From: an uncultured Prevotellaceae bacterium
Lineage (GTDB): Bacteria > Bacteroidota > Bacteroidia > Bacteroidales > Bacteroidaceae
NCBI GenBank assembly: GCA_902776685.1
Contig: CACYRB010000005.1
Span: 997 to 64,996 of the forward strand
Reading direction: 5' to 3'
Length of the DNA: 64,000 bases
The notes under the pieces are model-generated. The model saw only the letters and a list, made by a program, of their open reading frames with translations. It was not told the origin of the DNA and searched no databases. The position numbers were made by a program, and so were the translations under genes. Shown here piece by piece: positions 9,618 to 19,527 of this stretch (positions are counted from its first letter, which is position 1; every line of letters begins with the position of its first letter).

Positions 9618-12600
9618 TTAATCTTCCCAGTTCTCCTGCGTCTTGCGGACATAGCTCTGGTAGCGGAGCTTGGCCATACGCTCGGCCTCGCTGAAGAGCT
9701 CGTCGGCCTCGTTGGGATATGCCTTCTGTACACTGAGGTAGCGTACTTCACCGAGGAGGAAGTCGCGGAACTTCTCCCATTGCGGCTCTTTCGAATCAAG
9801 CGAGAACGGGTTTTTGCCCTCGTCGGCGAGTTGCGGGTTGTAACGCCACAGGTGCCAGTAGCCGCACTCTACAGCCTTGGCTTCCTCGGCCTGGCTCTTG
9901 CCCATGCCACCCTTGGCCTTCAGACCGTGGTTGATACAGGGTGCGTAAGCAATGACGAGCGACGGTCCGGGATAGGCCTCTGCTTCGCGGATGGCCTTCA
10001 GGCACTGAGCGTTGTCGGCTCCCATAGCCACCTGAGCTACGTAGACATAGCCGTAGGTGGTGGCGATAAGACCGAGGTCCTTCTTGCGGATGCGCTTGCC
10101 CTGAGCGGCAAACTGTGCGATGGCACCGAGCGGGGTGGCCTTCGACGACTGACCGCCAGTGTTAGAGTAAACCTCAGTATCGAGCACGAGCAGGTTGACA
10201 TCTTCGCCCGATGCGATGACGTGGTCGAGACCGCCGTAGCCGATATCGTAGGAAGCACCGTCGCCACCGATAATCCACTGCGAACGTTTCACGAGGTAGT
10301 GCTCGAGAGTCTGCAGTTCCTTGCAGTGCTCACATCCTGCCTCGGCACCGCCCTTGATGAAGGGCTTCAGCAGTTCGGCCAGACGTTTGGTCTCGTCGGC
10401 ATCGTCTTTCTTCTCAATCCATTCGGCAGCCAGAGCCTTGAACTCTTCAGGACACTGAGCATTGGCGGTAGCCTCTTGCAGCAGCATGGCTACACGCTCT
10501 TTCATCTTCTTGTTGCCGAGCACCATACCCATACCGAACTCGCAGAAGTCTTCGAACAGAGAGTTGTCGAAGGCAGGGCCTTGCCCCTTGGCGTTCTTGG
10601 TGTAGGGTGTGGAGGGGATGGAGGCAGAGTAGATGCTTGAGCATCCGGTGGCGTTTGCAATCATCTCGCGGTCGCCGAAGAGCTGGCTGATGAGCTTGAC
10701 ATAAGGTGTCTCACCACAACCTGAGCATGCACCGGAGAACTCGAAGAGCGGCTGGGCAAACTGAGAGTTCTTCACGTTCGACTTCACATCGACGAGGTCT
10801 TGCTTGGAGCTTACCTCCTTGACGAGGTAGTTCCAGTCGGCAGCCATCTTCTTCATGTCGTCGGCATCGGGATTGAAGGGTACCATGGTGAGGGCCTTGC
10901 CAAGTTTCGGATGACCCGGGCAGACGTCGGCACAGTTGCCGCAGCCGAGGCAATCCATCACGCTGGGCTCAATCATGAAGTGCATACCAGCCATAGCCTT
11001 CGGGGCTTTCATCTCGATAGTATCGACATTGATGCCTTTCAGCTCGTCGTCGGTCAGGACGAACGGACGAATGGCTGCGTGAGGACAAACGAAAGCACAC
11101 TTGTTACACTGGATACAGTTGTCTTTGTTCCATGCAGGAACGAAAGCCTCGACGCCACGCTTCTCGTAGGCGGCAGTACCGTTCTGCCAAGAACCGTCGA
11201 CGGTGTCGTGCTTCACGAAGTCGCTGACCTTCAGCAGGTCGCCTGCCTGAGCGTTGATAGGACGTACGAGTTCCTTAACGAATGCGGGAGCATCGTCGGC
11301 CTTTGCTTCGTCGTCGGGAAGGTTGGCCCATGCGGGGTCGACGGTGAGTTGTTTGTATTCGCCACCGCGGTCGACAGCTGCGTAGTTCATATTAACCACG
11401 TCTTCACCTTTCTTGCCATAGGACTTCACAATGAACTTCTTCATCTGTTCAACGGCAAGATCGACGGGAATGACGCCCGTGATGCGGAAGAAGGCCGACT
11501 GAAGGATGGTGTTGGTACGGTTGCCGAGTCCAATCTCCTGGGCTATCTTCGTGGCATTGATGGTGTAGACGGTGATGTTGTTCTTTGCAAAGTAGCGCTT
11601 CACCTTGTTGGGCATGAAGCTGACCAGCTCGTCACCGTCGAAGATGGTGTTCAGCAGGAACGTTCCATTCTTCTGCAATCCACGTGTCACGTCGTACATG
11701 TGGAGGTAAGCCTGAACGTGGCAAGCCACGAAGTTAGGTGTGGTGACGAGATAGGTAGAGCGGATGGGTGTGTCGCCGAAACGCAGGTGCGAGCAGGTGA
11801 AACCGCCCGACTTCTTCGAGTCGTAGCTGAAGTAAGCCTGGCAATACTTGTCGGTAGAGTCGCCGATGATCTTCACGCTGTTCTTGTTTGCACCAACGGT
11901 ACCGTCGGCACCGAGTCCGTAGAACTTGGCTTGGAACATACCTTCTCCACCGAGAGCCATCTCTTCAACTTCGGGAAGGCTCGTAAACGTTACATCGTCG
12001 ACGATACCCACGGTGAAGTGGTTCTTGGGCTCGGGCAGGGCAAGGTTGTTGAACACGGCGATGATCTTTGCCGGAGTGGTGTCGCTTGAACCGAGACCAT
12101 AGCGTCCGCCAACGATAACGGGCTTATTTTCAACGTCGTAGAATGCGCTCTTCACGTCAAGGTAGAGCGGTTCGCCTTCTGCTCCAGGTTCCTTTGTTCG
12201 GTCGAGAACGGCAATGCGCTTCACGGTCTTGGGAACGGCAGCAAGCAGGTGCTTGACGCTGAACGGACGATAGAGGTGAACAGCCACCATACCGACCTTT
12301 TCGCCTTGAGCAGTCAGATAGTCGATGGCCTCGCGGGCAGCCTCGGTGGCAGAACCCATGAGGATGATGATGCGCTCGGCATCGGCAGCTCCGTAGTAGT
12401 CAAAGAGGTGATACTCGCGACCAGTGATCTTCGAGATTTCACCAAGATAGTGTTCAACTACTTCGGGCACGGTGTCGTAAACATTGTTGCAAGCCTCGCG
12501 GTGGGTGAAGAATGTTTCGGGGTTCTCTGCCGTACCGCGTGTCATGGGACGCTCAGGCGACAGGGCGCGGTCGCGGAAACGCTTGATGTCGGCCGGGTCG

Positions 12601-13190
12601 ACGAGCTTTGCCACGTCTTCCTGCTCCATGACTTCAATCTTGTGGTATTCATGAGAGGTACGGAAACCGTCGAAGAAGTTTACGAAGGGCACGCCGGTCT
12701 TCAGTGTTGCCAAGTGGGGAACGGCTGTCAGGTCCATTACTTCCTGTACCGATCCGGAGCAGAACATGGCAAAACCCGTCTGACGGCAGGCCATCACATC
12801 TTGGTGATCGCCGAAGATACAAAGCGAATGACTGGCGAGCGTACGGGCAGATACGTCGAATACGCACGGAAGCAGTTCGCCTGCAATCTTATACATATTA
12901 GGAATCATGAGCAGCAAGCCCTGCGATGCGGTGAACGTGGTGGTCAGCGCACCAGCCTGCAGCGAGCCGTGAAGTGCACCGGCAGCGCCGCCTTCCGACT
13001 GCATTTCCTGAACAGTTACGTTCTGCCCCCAGAGGTTCTTGCGACCACGGGCAGCCCATTCATCGACGTGCTCCGCCATGGGCGAAGAGGGCGTGATGGG
13101 GTAGATGGCGGCAACTTCGGAGAACATATAGCTCACGTGAGCTGCTGCCTCGTTGCCGTCGCATGTGATAAACTTCTTTTCTTTTGTCAT
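9618..13190 (-). CDS. nifJ: Pyruvate:ferredoxin (flavodoxin) oxidoreductase
   Basis: YPITPSS; two CxxCxxCxxxCP ferredoxin motifs; GACSGCGE; GGDG TPP motif; 1190 aa. Confidence 0.97.
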   Translation of the reverse strand: MTKEKKFITCDGNEAAAHVSYMFSEVAAIYPITPSSPMAEHVDEWAARGRKNLWGQNVTVQEMQSEGGAAGALHGSLQAGALTTTFTASQGLLLMIPNMYKIAGELLPCVFDVSARTLASHSLCIFGDHQDVMACRQTGFAMFCSGSVQEVMDLTAVPHLATLKTGVPFVNFFDGFRTSHEYHKIEVMEQEDVAKLVDPADIKRFRDRALSPERPMTRGTAENPETFFTHREACNNVYDTVPEVVEHYLGEISKITGREYHLFDYYGAADAERIIILMGSATEAAREAIDYLTAQGEKVGMVAVHLYRPFSVKHLLAAVPKTVKRIAVLDRTKEPGAEGEPLYLDVKSAFYDVENKPVIVGGRYGLGSSDTTPAKIIAVFNNLALPEPKNHFTVGIVDDVTFTSLPEVEEMALGGEGMFQAKFYGLGADGTVGANKNSVKIIGDSTDKYCQAYFSYDSKKSGGFTCSHLRFGDTPIRSTYLVTTPNFVACHVQAYLHMYDVTRGLQKNGTFLLNTIFDGDELVSFMPNKVKRYFAKNNITVYTINATKIAQEIGLGNRTNTILQSAFFRITGVIPVDLAVEQMKKFIVKSYGKKGEDVVNMNYAAVDRGGEYKQLTVDPAWANLPDDEAKADDAPAFVKELVRPINAQAGDLLKVSDFVKHDTVDGSWQNGTAAYEKRGVEAFVPAWNKDNCIQCNKCAFVCPHAAIRPFVLTDDELKGINVDTIEMKAPKAMAGMHFMIEPSVMDCLGCGNCADVCPGHPKLGKALTMVPFNPDADDMKKMAADWNYLVKEVSSKQDLVDVKSNVKNSQFAQPLFEFSGACSGCGETPYVKLISQLFGDREMIANATGCSSIYSASIPSTPYTKNAKGQGPAFDNSLFEDFCEFGMGMVLGNKKMKERVAMLLQEATANAQCPEEFKALAAEWIEKKDDADETKRLAELLKPFIKGGAEAGCEHCKELQTLEHYLVKRSQWIIGGDGASYDIGYGGLDHVIASGEDVNLLVLDTEVYSNTGGQSSKATPLGAIAQFAAQGKRIRKKDLGLIATTYGYVYVAQVAMGADNAQCLKAIREAEAYPGPSLVIAYAPCINHGLKAKGGMGKSQAEEAKAVECGYWHLWRYNPQLADEGKNPFSLDSKEPQWEKFRDFLLGEVRYLSVQKAYPNEADELFSEAERMAKLRYQSYVRKTQENWED

Positions 13191-13293
13191 TTTTGTTATA
13201 GTTTAATGTTTTGTATAAATTCCTTTACAACCTGCAAATTTACGTATTTTTTGCGAAAAGGCAAAAGTTTTGCGTGAAAAACTTATCTCTTTG

Positions 13294-14481
13294 TCAATAG
13301 AGAAATCCCAGCAGCCAAAGCGGAATGCGGTTGTCAATACCCACCTCGGTGTTGTATCGGGCATAGAACACATCGGGGTTCATGTGAAGTTTGTGTTCGG
13401 CTTCGGCGTCACAAATACGGAATTTCCGGGTTCCGTCAACCATGTAGTAGAATGGTTTGTCGGCCTGATTGACGACATGGTCTTTCCAAAGTGAATTCAC
13501 GAAGAATGTTTCCATGACGTCTTGTCGCTTCACCTGAATAGGATATATGGCATACATCAGGTTGGTGTTGTGCATCATCACTTTAGCCGGTTTCTTTGGA
13601 AATTCCTCGCCGCGATGATAAATCAGGTTGATGAGTCGTGCATCGGCAAGATATTTGATATAGTTCATCACCGTTGCCCGGCTGGTTTCAACCTCCTGTG
13701 CAAGCTGACTGACGTTTGGGGCTTTGGGACCGTCTTGTGCCAACAGATAGAAAAGCTTCTTGATTTTTGTAAGGTATTTCAGTTCTATCTGTTTGATGAG
13801 CAGGATGTCGACCTCGGTCATCATGTTCATGGTCTTCAGCAGGTTTTCCGAGTAGTTGCGCTGTTCCTGAAAGAAGGGATAGAAACCATGATGGAGATAA
13901 TCCTGAAAATATTTCAGGGGGCTCACCTTGGGCAAGATTTGCTTCACGATGCGAACATGGTCGGAGAGTATTTCGTCCAAGGTGTAGGGACGGAATTTGT
14001 TGCCAGTCTTTAGATTGAGAAATTCGCGAAAAGAGAAGCCGCGCAGGTTGTAGCTTTTCACGATGCCGTTCAGTTCGGGGTTCTCATCTTTCAGGCGCAT
14101 CACGCTTGAGCCGGTGAAAACAATCTTCAATTCGGGGTAGAGGTCATAGCATTTCCTCAGTTCGTGGCTCCAGTCGGGTTGCTTGAACACTTGGTCGATG
14201 AGCAACACGCGCCCCCCTTCCTTGACGAAGTCGCCTGCATAGTCGGCAATACCGCGCCCTTGGAAGTAAAAGTTGTTCATGTTGACGTAAAGACACTGAC
14301 GGTCGTTCACTCCGAATCTCTCTTTTGCATATTGCAGAAGAAAGGTTGTCTTCCCAACTCCACGTGTGCCTTTGATGCCGATGAGTCGGTCGTTCCAGTC
14401 GATCTCATCCATCAGAGTACGGCGAACGGGCGCGTTGGTGTGCTCTACCAAATAGGCATGTGTTCTATAGAATGCTTCCAT
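13294..14481 (-). CDS. AAA+ ATPase (AAA_14/DUF4143-like)
   Basis: Walker A GTRGVGKT; LLIDQV; TGSS; C-terminal IPLWLLGFLY. Confidence 0.85.
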   Translation of the reverse strand: MEAFYRTHAYLVEHTNAPVRRTLMDEIDWNDRLIGIKGTRGVGKTTFLLQYAKERFGVNDRQCLYVNMNNFYFQGRGIADYAGDFVKEGGRVLLIDQVFKQPDWSHELRKCYDLYPELKIVFTGSSVMRLKDENPELNGIVKSYNLRGFSFREFLNLKTGNKFRPYTLDEILSDHVRIVKQILPKVSPLKYFQDYLHHGFYPFFQEQRNYSENLLKTMNMMTEVDILLIKQIELKYLTKIKKLFYLLAQDGPKAPNVSQLAQEVETSRATVMNYIKYLADARLINLIYHRGEEFPKKPAKVMMHNTNLMYAIYPIQVKRQDVMETFFVNSLWKDHVVNQADKPFYYMVDGTRKFRICDAEAEHKLHMNPDVFYARYNTEVGIDNRIPLWLLGFLY

Positions 14482-14591
14482 ACATATTCAAGCGCAAAGT
14501 TAATCATAATTTTTTGAAGGCCAAAGTAAAATCATTTTTTTTCTTTTCTATTTCGCCAATTTTCTTTTTTTTGTTAACTTTGCTCCCCGAT

Positions 14592-15710
14592 ATGACGCTA
14601 CATATTTTCAATCCTGATCACGACCTGGCGCTGGCGGCCGACCTGGTTCCATATACTGCGCCTCATGCGGGAAGACAACTTCGTGCCGACTTGTCGTGGC
14701 TTCCGGCTTTATGGTCGGAAGAGGGTGACATGGTGCTCGTAGATAATGTTGAGAATGCTCATGAATACACCCGCCACATAAGAAAATATGTGAGCAAAGT
14801 GCAATTTGTCACTTTCGATGACCTTGCCCGACTTCATGGCGGTGAACTTGAACAAATCTCTGTATGGGGGTGGAACCGCGCTCTTTGTCATCAGTTGAAG
14901 TCGTACAACAAGCAATTTGTCGCTCTCATGCCCAAGTCAGGACAACTTGCCTTTATCCGGACGGTCAGCAATCGCAAATGGGCTTCTGAAAAACTTTTGC
15001 CAAAACTGTCCTCGCTTCATCATCTGTTGGTTGGCAGCGCGGTCTACACCTCGGAGTTGCCTTTCGACGCTGATGGGCTTTTGCTGGAAAAATATTGTAC
15101 GGGAGATGTTTGCGTGATAAAGGCACCGTGGAGTTCTTCAGGACGTGGCATTCGCTATGTAGAACGGAAACTGACAACGGCGCAACAAAATTGGATTCGT
15201 AACCTTATCGACAAGCAGGGCGGCATCATGATAGAGCCTTACTATAACAAGGTTGAAGATTTCGGAATGGAATTTTCTATTGATGCCGGCGGTCAGACTA
15301 AATATTGCGGGTTGTCCTTGTTTGCAACGCAAAATGGTGCTTATAGCGGTAGCGTCCTGGCTACCGAGGATGCTAAACGTCGTCTTCTGTCTCGTTATGT
15401 TCCCGAACGGCTTTTAGATATCGTGCGCAAAGGCATCATCGCCCGCATGGCTAAGTTGCTGAAAGGCAAATATGTTGGTGCGTTTGGTGTTGATATGATG
15501 ATAGTCAGGCACAATGGAGCATTGAAGATGCATCCGTGCGTAGAACTGAACTTGCGCAGAACCATGGGACATGTTGCCTTAGCGCTCACACCAGCCAATG
15601 GTGAACCTCAGCAGATGATGCGAATTAAATACGACGGCAGTCACTATCACCTACGCATTTTCACAACGGGTGAAGACCTGTTAGACACGACGATTATTCG
15701 TGGATTGTAG
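14592..15710 (+). CDS. Conserved hypothetical protein with ATP-grasp-like fold
   Basis: IKAPWSSSGRG, MIEPY, FGVDMM and CVELNLR resemble ATP-grasp motifs; start ATG 14592 follows a TAACTTTG promoter. Confidence 0.7.
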   Translation: MTLHIFNPDHDLALAADLVPYTAPHAGRQLRADLSWLPALWSEEGDMVLVDNVENAHEYTRHIRKYVSKVQFVTFDDLARLHGGELEQISVWGWNRALCHQLKSYNKQFVALMPKSGQLAFIRTVSNRKWASEKLLPKLSSLHHLLVGSAVYTSELPFDADGLLLEKYCTGDVCVIKAPWSSSGRGIRYVERKLTTAQQNWIRNLIDKQGGIMIEPYYNKVEDFGMEFSIDAGGQTKYCGLSLFATQNGAYSGSVLATEDAKRRLLSRYVPERLLDIVRKGIIARMAKLLKGKYVGAFGVDMMIVRHNGALKMHPCVELNLRRTMGHVALALTPANGEPQQMMRIKYDGSHYHLRIFTTGEDLLDTTIIRGL

Positions 15711-15743
15711 AACGGGGGCATGTAAATGATAGGCATTGTCAAT

Positions 15744-15875
15744 CAAAGAAGGCTCTTCATGTTTGTAAAGAGCCTCTTTTCATATCGTAAGAAGCCCCTT
15801 TTCATACCGTAAAGAGCCTTTTCTCGTATCGTAATAAGCTTCCTTTCATCTCGTAAGGATGACACTTTCGCCATG
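15744..15875. repeat. Degenerate 22-bp tandem repeat (family 2)
   Basis: Units start at 15766, 15788, 15810, 15832 and 15854 (e.g. TAAAGAGCCTCTTTTCATATCG, TAAGAAGCCCCTTTTCATACCG). Confidence 0.8.
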
Positions 15876-15895
15876 AAAAGATGGTATTTACATAC

Positions 15896-15936
15896 AATAA
15901 ACGATAGGTTTATCATTGCTAAACCTATCGTTTATT
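15896..15936. terminator. Perfect 17-bp hairpin, likely bidirectional terminator
   Basis: AATAAACGATAGGTTTA-N7-TAAACCTATCGTTTATT between convergent genes. Confidence 0.75.
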
Positions 15937-15958
15937 TTTGAGACTGTGTTCAGTTCAA

Positions 15959-17350
15959 TTATTTGTTCTTCACAATTTGTGCGGTGAATGTTGCTTCCGA
16001 GACAACGTGGTCGCCGACAAAGACATAGCCTTTCATGGACGACACGCCGTGGCGAACGGGATGTAACAGCTCAACACGGAAAAGTAGCGTGTCGCCCGGT
16101 ACAACCTTTTGGCGGAATTTCACGTCGTCAATCTTCATGAAATATGTTGACCATCGTTCGGGTTCTTCCACTTGGTTGAGCACGAGCAAACCTCCACACT
16201 GAGCCATGGCTTCAATCTGTAATACGCCCGGCATGACCGGTTCTTGAGGGAAGTGTCCGGCAAAGAACGGCTCGTTGGCGGTAACATTCTTCACACCGAC
16301 AATCGTTGTCGGACCAATGGCAACCACCTTGTCGACCAGTTGCATGGGGTAGCGGTGAGGAAGCAGTTCGCGGATGCGGTTGTTGTCCATTACCGGTTCC
16401 TCGTTAGGGTCGTAGATGGGTGCTTGCACTTCATGCTTTTTGATTTCTTTCCGCATCAGTCGTGCAAACTTGTTGTTGATGGTGTGACCGGGGCGTGTCG
16501 CAACGATACGGCCTTTGATGGGCTTTCCGATGAGTGCCATGTCGCCAACGATGTCGAGAAGCTTGTGACGAGTGCACTCGTTCTCCCACACGAGCGGCTT
16601 GTGCTGGATGTATCCCAGTTCGGTAGCATCGCGGTGCTCGACGTTGAGCATGTCGGCCAGCATGTCGAGACGTTCTTGGGTGGTTTGCCGTTCGTAGATG
16701 ACGATGGCATTATCCATATCGCCGCCTTTGATGAGATTGGCTTGCAAAAGTGGCTCAATATCGCGAACGAACACAAATGTGCGTGCAGCTGCAATCTCTC
16801 GGTCGAAGTTCTCCATCTTGTCGAGAGTAGCAAACTGGCTGTTAATGAACTTCGATTCGAACGAGCACATGGCTGTCAGCGAGAATTCTTCGTCGGGCAG
16901 AATCGTAATACACGATCCGCTTTTCTCGTCTTTTACTTCAATTTTCTTACGGATAATGTAGTAGTCTTTCGGTGCATTCTGCTCTTCAATGCCCACTTGC
17001 TTAATCTTATCCACATACATGGCAGCCGAGCCGTCGAGTATAGGAAATTCGGGACCATTCACTTGTATGAGGCAATTATCGATGCCAAGTGCATAAAGGG
17101 CAGCCATGCCGTGCTCTATGGTTGAAACACGAACGTCGCCCTGAGCAATGACCGTGCCACGTTGCGTATCGACAACTTTTTCGGCAATCGCTTCAATGAC
17201 AGGTTGCCCTTCAAGGTCGATACGTTGAATCTTGTATCCTGTATTTTCAGGAGCAGGATTAAAGGTTACGGTGAGGTTTAAGCCGGTGTGCAACCCTTTT
17301 CCGAAGAGCGAGAAACTGCCTTTAAGAGTTCTTTGTTTTGTTGTTTCCAT
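15959..17350 (-). CDS. lpxC: Bifunctional LpxC / FabZ
   Basis: GKGLHTG, STIEH and HKLLDIVGD (LpxC) fused to LPHRYP, GHFPQEPVMPGVLQIEAMAQ (FabZ). Confidence 0.96.
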   Translation of the reverse strand: METTKQRTLKGSFSLFGKGLHTGLNLTVTFNPAPENTGYKIQRIDLEGQPVIEAIAEKVVDTQRGTVIAQGDVRVSTIEHGMAALYALGIDNCLIQVNGPEFPILDGSAAMYVDKIKQVGIEEQNAPKDYYIIRKKIEVKDEKSGSCITILPDEEFSLTAMCSFESKFINSQFATLDKMENFDREIAAARTFVFVRDIEPLLQANLIKGGDMDNAIVIYERQTTQERLDMLADMLNVEHRDATELGYIQHKPLVWENECTRHKLLDIVGDMALIGKPIKGRIVATRPGHTINNKFARLMRKEIKKHEVQAPIYDPNEEPVMDNNRIRELLPHRYPMQLVDKVVAIGPTTIVGVKNVTANEPFFAGHFPQEPVMPGVLQIEAMAQCGGLLVLNQVEEPERWSTYFMKIDDVKFRQKVVPGDTLLFRVELLHPVRHGVSSMKGYVFVGDHVVSEATFTAQIVKNK

Positions 17351-17420
17351 AATACTCGTTTATTTGTTTGGCACAAAGTTACGAAAAAAACTTTATATGT
17401 GGAAAACTTTTGTTGAATAT

Positions 17421-18461
17421 TTAGTTTTTATCTTTCTTGAGGGTTTCTATTTCCTTCTTCAATTCTGCAATTTGCTGATACATATCGGGAAGATGACGGA
17501 AGACGGCAGCCGACTTCATAAAGCCCTTTGCGTCCCATGCCGGTGAGCCGATGATGGTTTGGCCGGGCTTCTTCACCGAGTTGGTGATGCCTGCCTGGGC
17601 GCCTACATGGGTCTGGTCGGCTATGGAGATGTGGCCGGCCATTCCCACCTGTCCACCCATCATACACCATTTCCCAACTTTGGTCGAACCGGCAATACCT
17701 GTTTGTGAGGCTATGACAGTATTTTCTCCGATTTCGACGTTGTGAGCAACTTGAATGAGATTGTCAAGCTTAACGCCTTTACGAACATAGGTGCTACCCA
17801 TAGTTGAGCGGTCGACGCAGGTGTTTGCTCCGATTTCAACATCATCTTCGATGGTTACAATGCCAATCTGGGGTATCTTGTCGAATCCATTTGGGGTGGG
17901 GGCAAAGCCAAATCCGTCGGCACCGATAACGGTTCCGGAATGGATAACGACACGGTTGCCAAGCACGCAGTCGTGATAAACCGAAACATTGGGATAGATG
18001 TGGCAGTCGTTGCCAATTTTTACGCGGTCGCCGATAACGGCATTCGGTTCGATTTGGCAGTTGTCTCCAATTGACACGCCTTCACCGATTACGGCAAATG
18101 CTCCAACATAACAGCCTTCGCCGACCTTTGCCGTCGGATCAATGAACGCCAGAGGATTGATGCCTTGTTTGCGAGGCTTCATCGAATCGTAGAGTTGAAG
18201 CAGGCGGGCCACACACTCATAGGCGTTTTTCACACGAATGAGCGTCGGGCGGGCCGGACGTTCAAGTTCAACACCTTCGTCGATAAGCACTACCGATGAG
18301 GCTGTATCATAAATGTAATGTGTGTATTTTGGATTTGAAAGAAATGAGATGGCTCCTTCCTTTCCTTCTTCTATTTTCGCAAAAGTGTTAACTTTAGCTT
18401 GTTCGTCGCCTTCAATACGACCCTGTACGTATTCTGCAATTTGTTTCGCGGTAAATTCCAT
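17421..18461 (-). CDS. lpxD: UDP-3-O-(3-hydroxyacyl)glucosamine N-acyltransferase
   Basis: Hexapeptide repeats; [19 protein letters not shown] and [10 protein letters not shown] motifs. Confidence 0.96.
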   Translation of the reverse strand: MEFTAKQIAEYVQGRIEGDEQAKVNTFAKIEEGKEGAISFLSNPKYTHYIYDTASSVVLIDEGVELERPARPTLIRVKNAYECVARLLQLYDSMKPRKQGINPLAFIDPTAKVGEGCYVGAFAVIGEGVSIGDNCQIEPNAVIGDRVKIGNDCHIYPNVSVYHDCVLGNRVVIHSGTVIGADGFGFAPTPNGFDKIPQIGIVTIEDDVEIGANTCVDRSTMGSTYVRKGVKLDNLIQVAHNVEIGENTVIASQTGIAGSTKVGKWCMMGGQVGMAGHISIADQTHVGAQAGITNSVKKPGQTIIGSPAWDAKGFMKSAAVFRHLPDMYQQIAELKKEIETLKKDKN

Positions 18462-18711
18462 ATTGTCTTATCTTATTTTTGCCTGCAAAGGTACAACTAA
18501 AAATGAACAATTAAGAATGTCGGGTGAATAATTTTATATTCTTTGCTCAAATTTGTATTAATTCTACAAGTCTATATATAAATAATGTGTTATTTGGCTA
18601 ATGGGTGATAAGCAAAGTTATGTTGTAGGTGGCATAAAATTAAAATGTGTGGCTATTTCTTTCTAATTACAATTTTTTTCATTAACTTTGTAGCAGATTT
18701 TGAGACAAAAG

Positions 18712-19527
18712 ATGATAAGCGAGGAAAAAAAGATAGTTCTGCTTAACTTGATGCCGATGAAAGAAGAAGCAGCAGATGACATCCGTCGGGTGTTATCTTA
18801 TTCTTCTGTTCCATTTAAACTTTGTCTGATGAAGTTGCGCAGTCACGTGCCAAGACATGCATCTCAGGAGTATATGAATCGGTATTATCGTTTTTTCGAC
18901 GAGATGCGCGACGAGCGTATTGATGCTCTTATTGTGAATGGAGCGCCTGTTGAGATATTGCCTTTCGAGGATGTCGACTATTGGTCGGAGTTGTGTGAAG
19001 TTTTCCGCTGGGCCCACGAGCATGTAGGTTCGTCACTTTTCATCTGCTGGGGAGCTCAGGCAGCATTGTATCATTTGTATGATATAAACAAATTCAGATT
19101 GCCCCAAAAGATGTTCGGTGTCTTTAAGCAGAAAGTTCTTGTGCACGAACATCCTGTTTTCAATGGCTTTGACTCCGATTTTTGGATGCCTCATAGCAGA
19201 CATACGGAAATCAGACGTGAAGATATTGAAGCAAACAAACACTTACAACTGTTGGCCGAAGGAGAAGACGGCAGCGTTTCAGTCGTGGCAAGTAAAGACG
19301 GAAAAGCACTCTTTGTGACAGGCCATCTTGAATATTCTGCTACACGCCTCGATTGGGAATATCGTCGTGATTGTGAACGTCGTAGTGATGTGGGCTTACC
19401 TGTAAACTATTACCAGGATGACAATCCACGATTTAATCCTCGATTTATTTGGAAAGAGGATAGCATCCGTTTTTTTACGAACTGGTTTGATTGTTGTGTA
19501 AAGAGAACCGTTGATGAGAAAACTTGA
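18712..19527 (+). CDS. metA: Homoserine O-acyltransferase (MetA/HTS family, probably acetyl-specific)
   Basis: LLNLMP.K, GAPVE, catalytic ICWGAQA, PHSRH and TGHLEY motifs. Confidence 0.88.
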   Translation: MISEEKKIVLLNLMPMKEEAADDIRRVLSYSSVPFKLCLMKLRSHVPRHASQEYMNRYYRFFDEMRDERIDALIVNGAPVEILPFEDVDYWSELCEVFRWAHEHVGSSLFICWGAQAALYHLYDINKFRLPQKMFGVFKQKVLVHEHPVFNGFDSDFWMPHSRHTEIRREDIEANKHLQLLAEGEDGSVSVVASKDGKALFVTGHLEYSATRLDWEYRRDCERRSDVGLPVNYYQDDNPRFNPRFIWKEDSIRFFTNWFDCCVKRTVDEKT

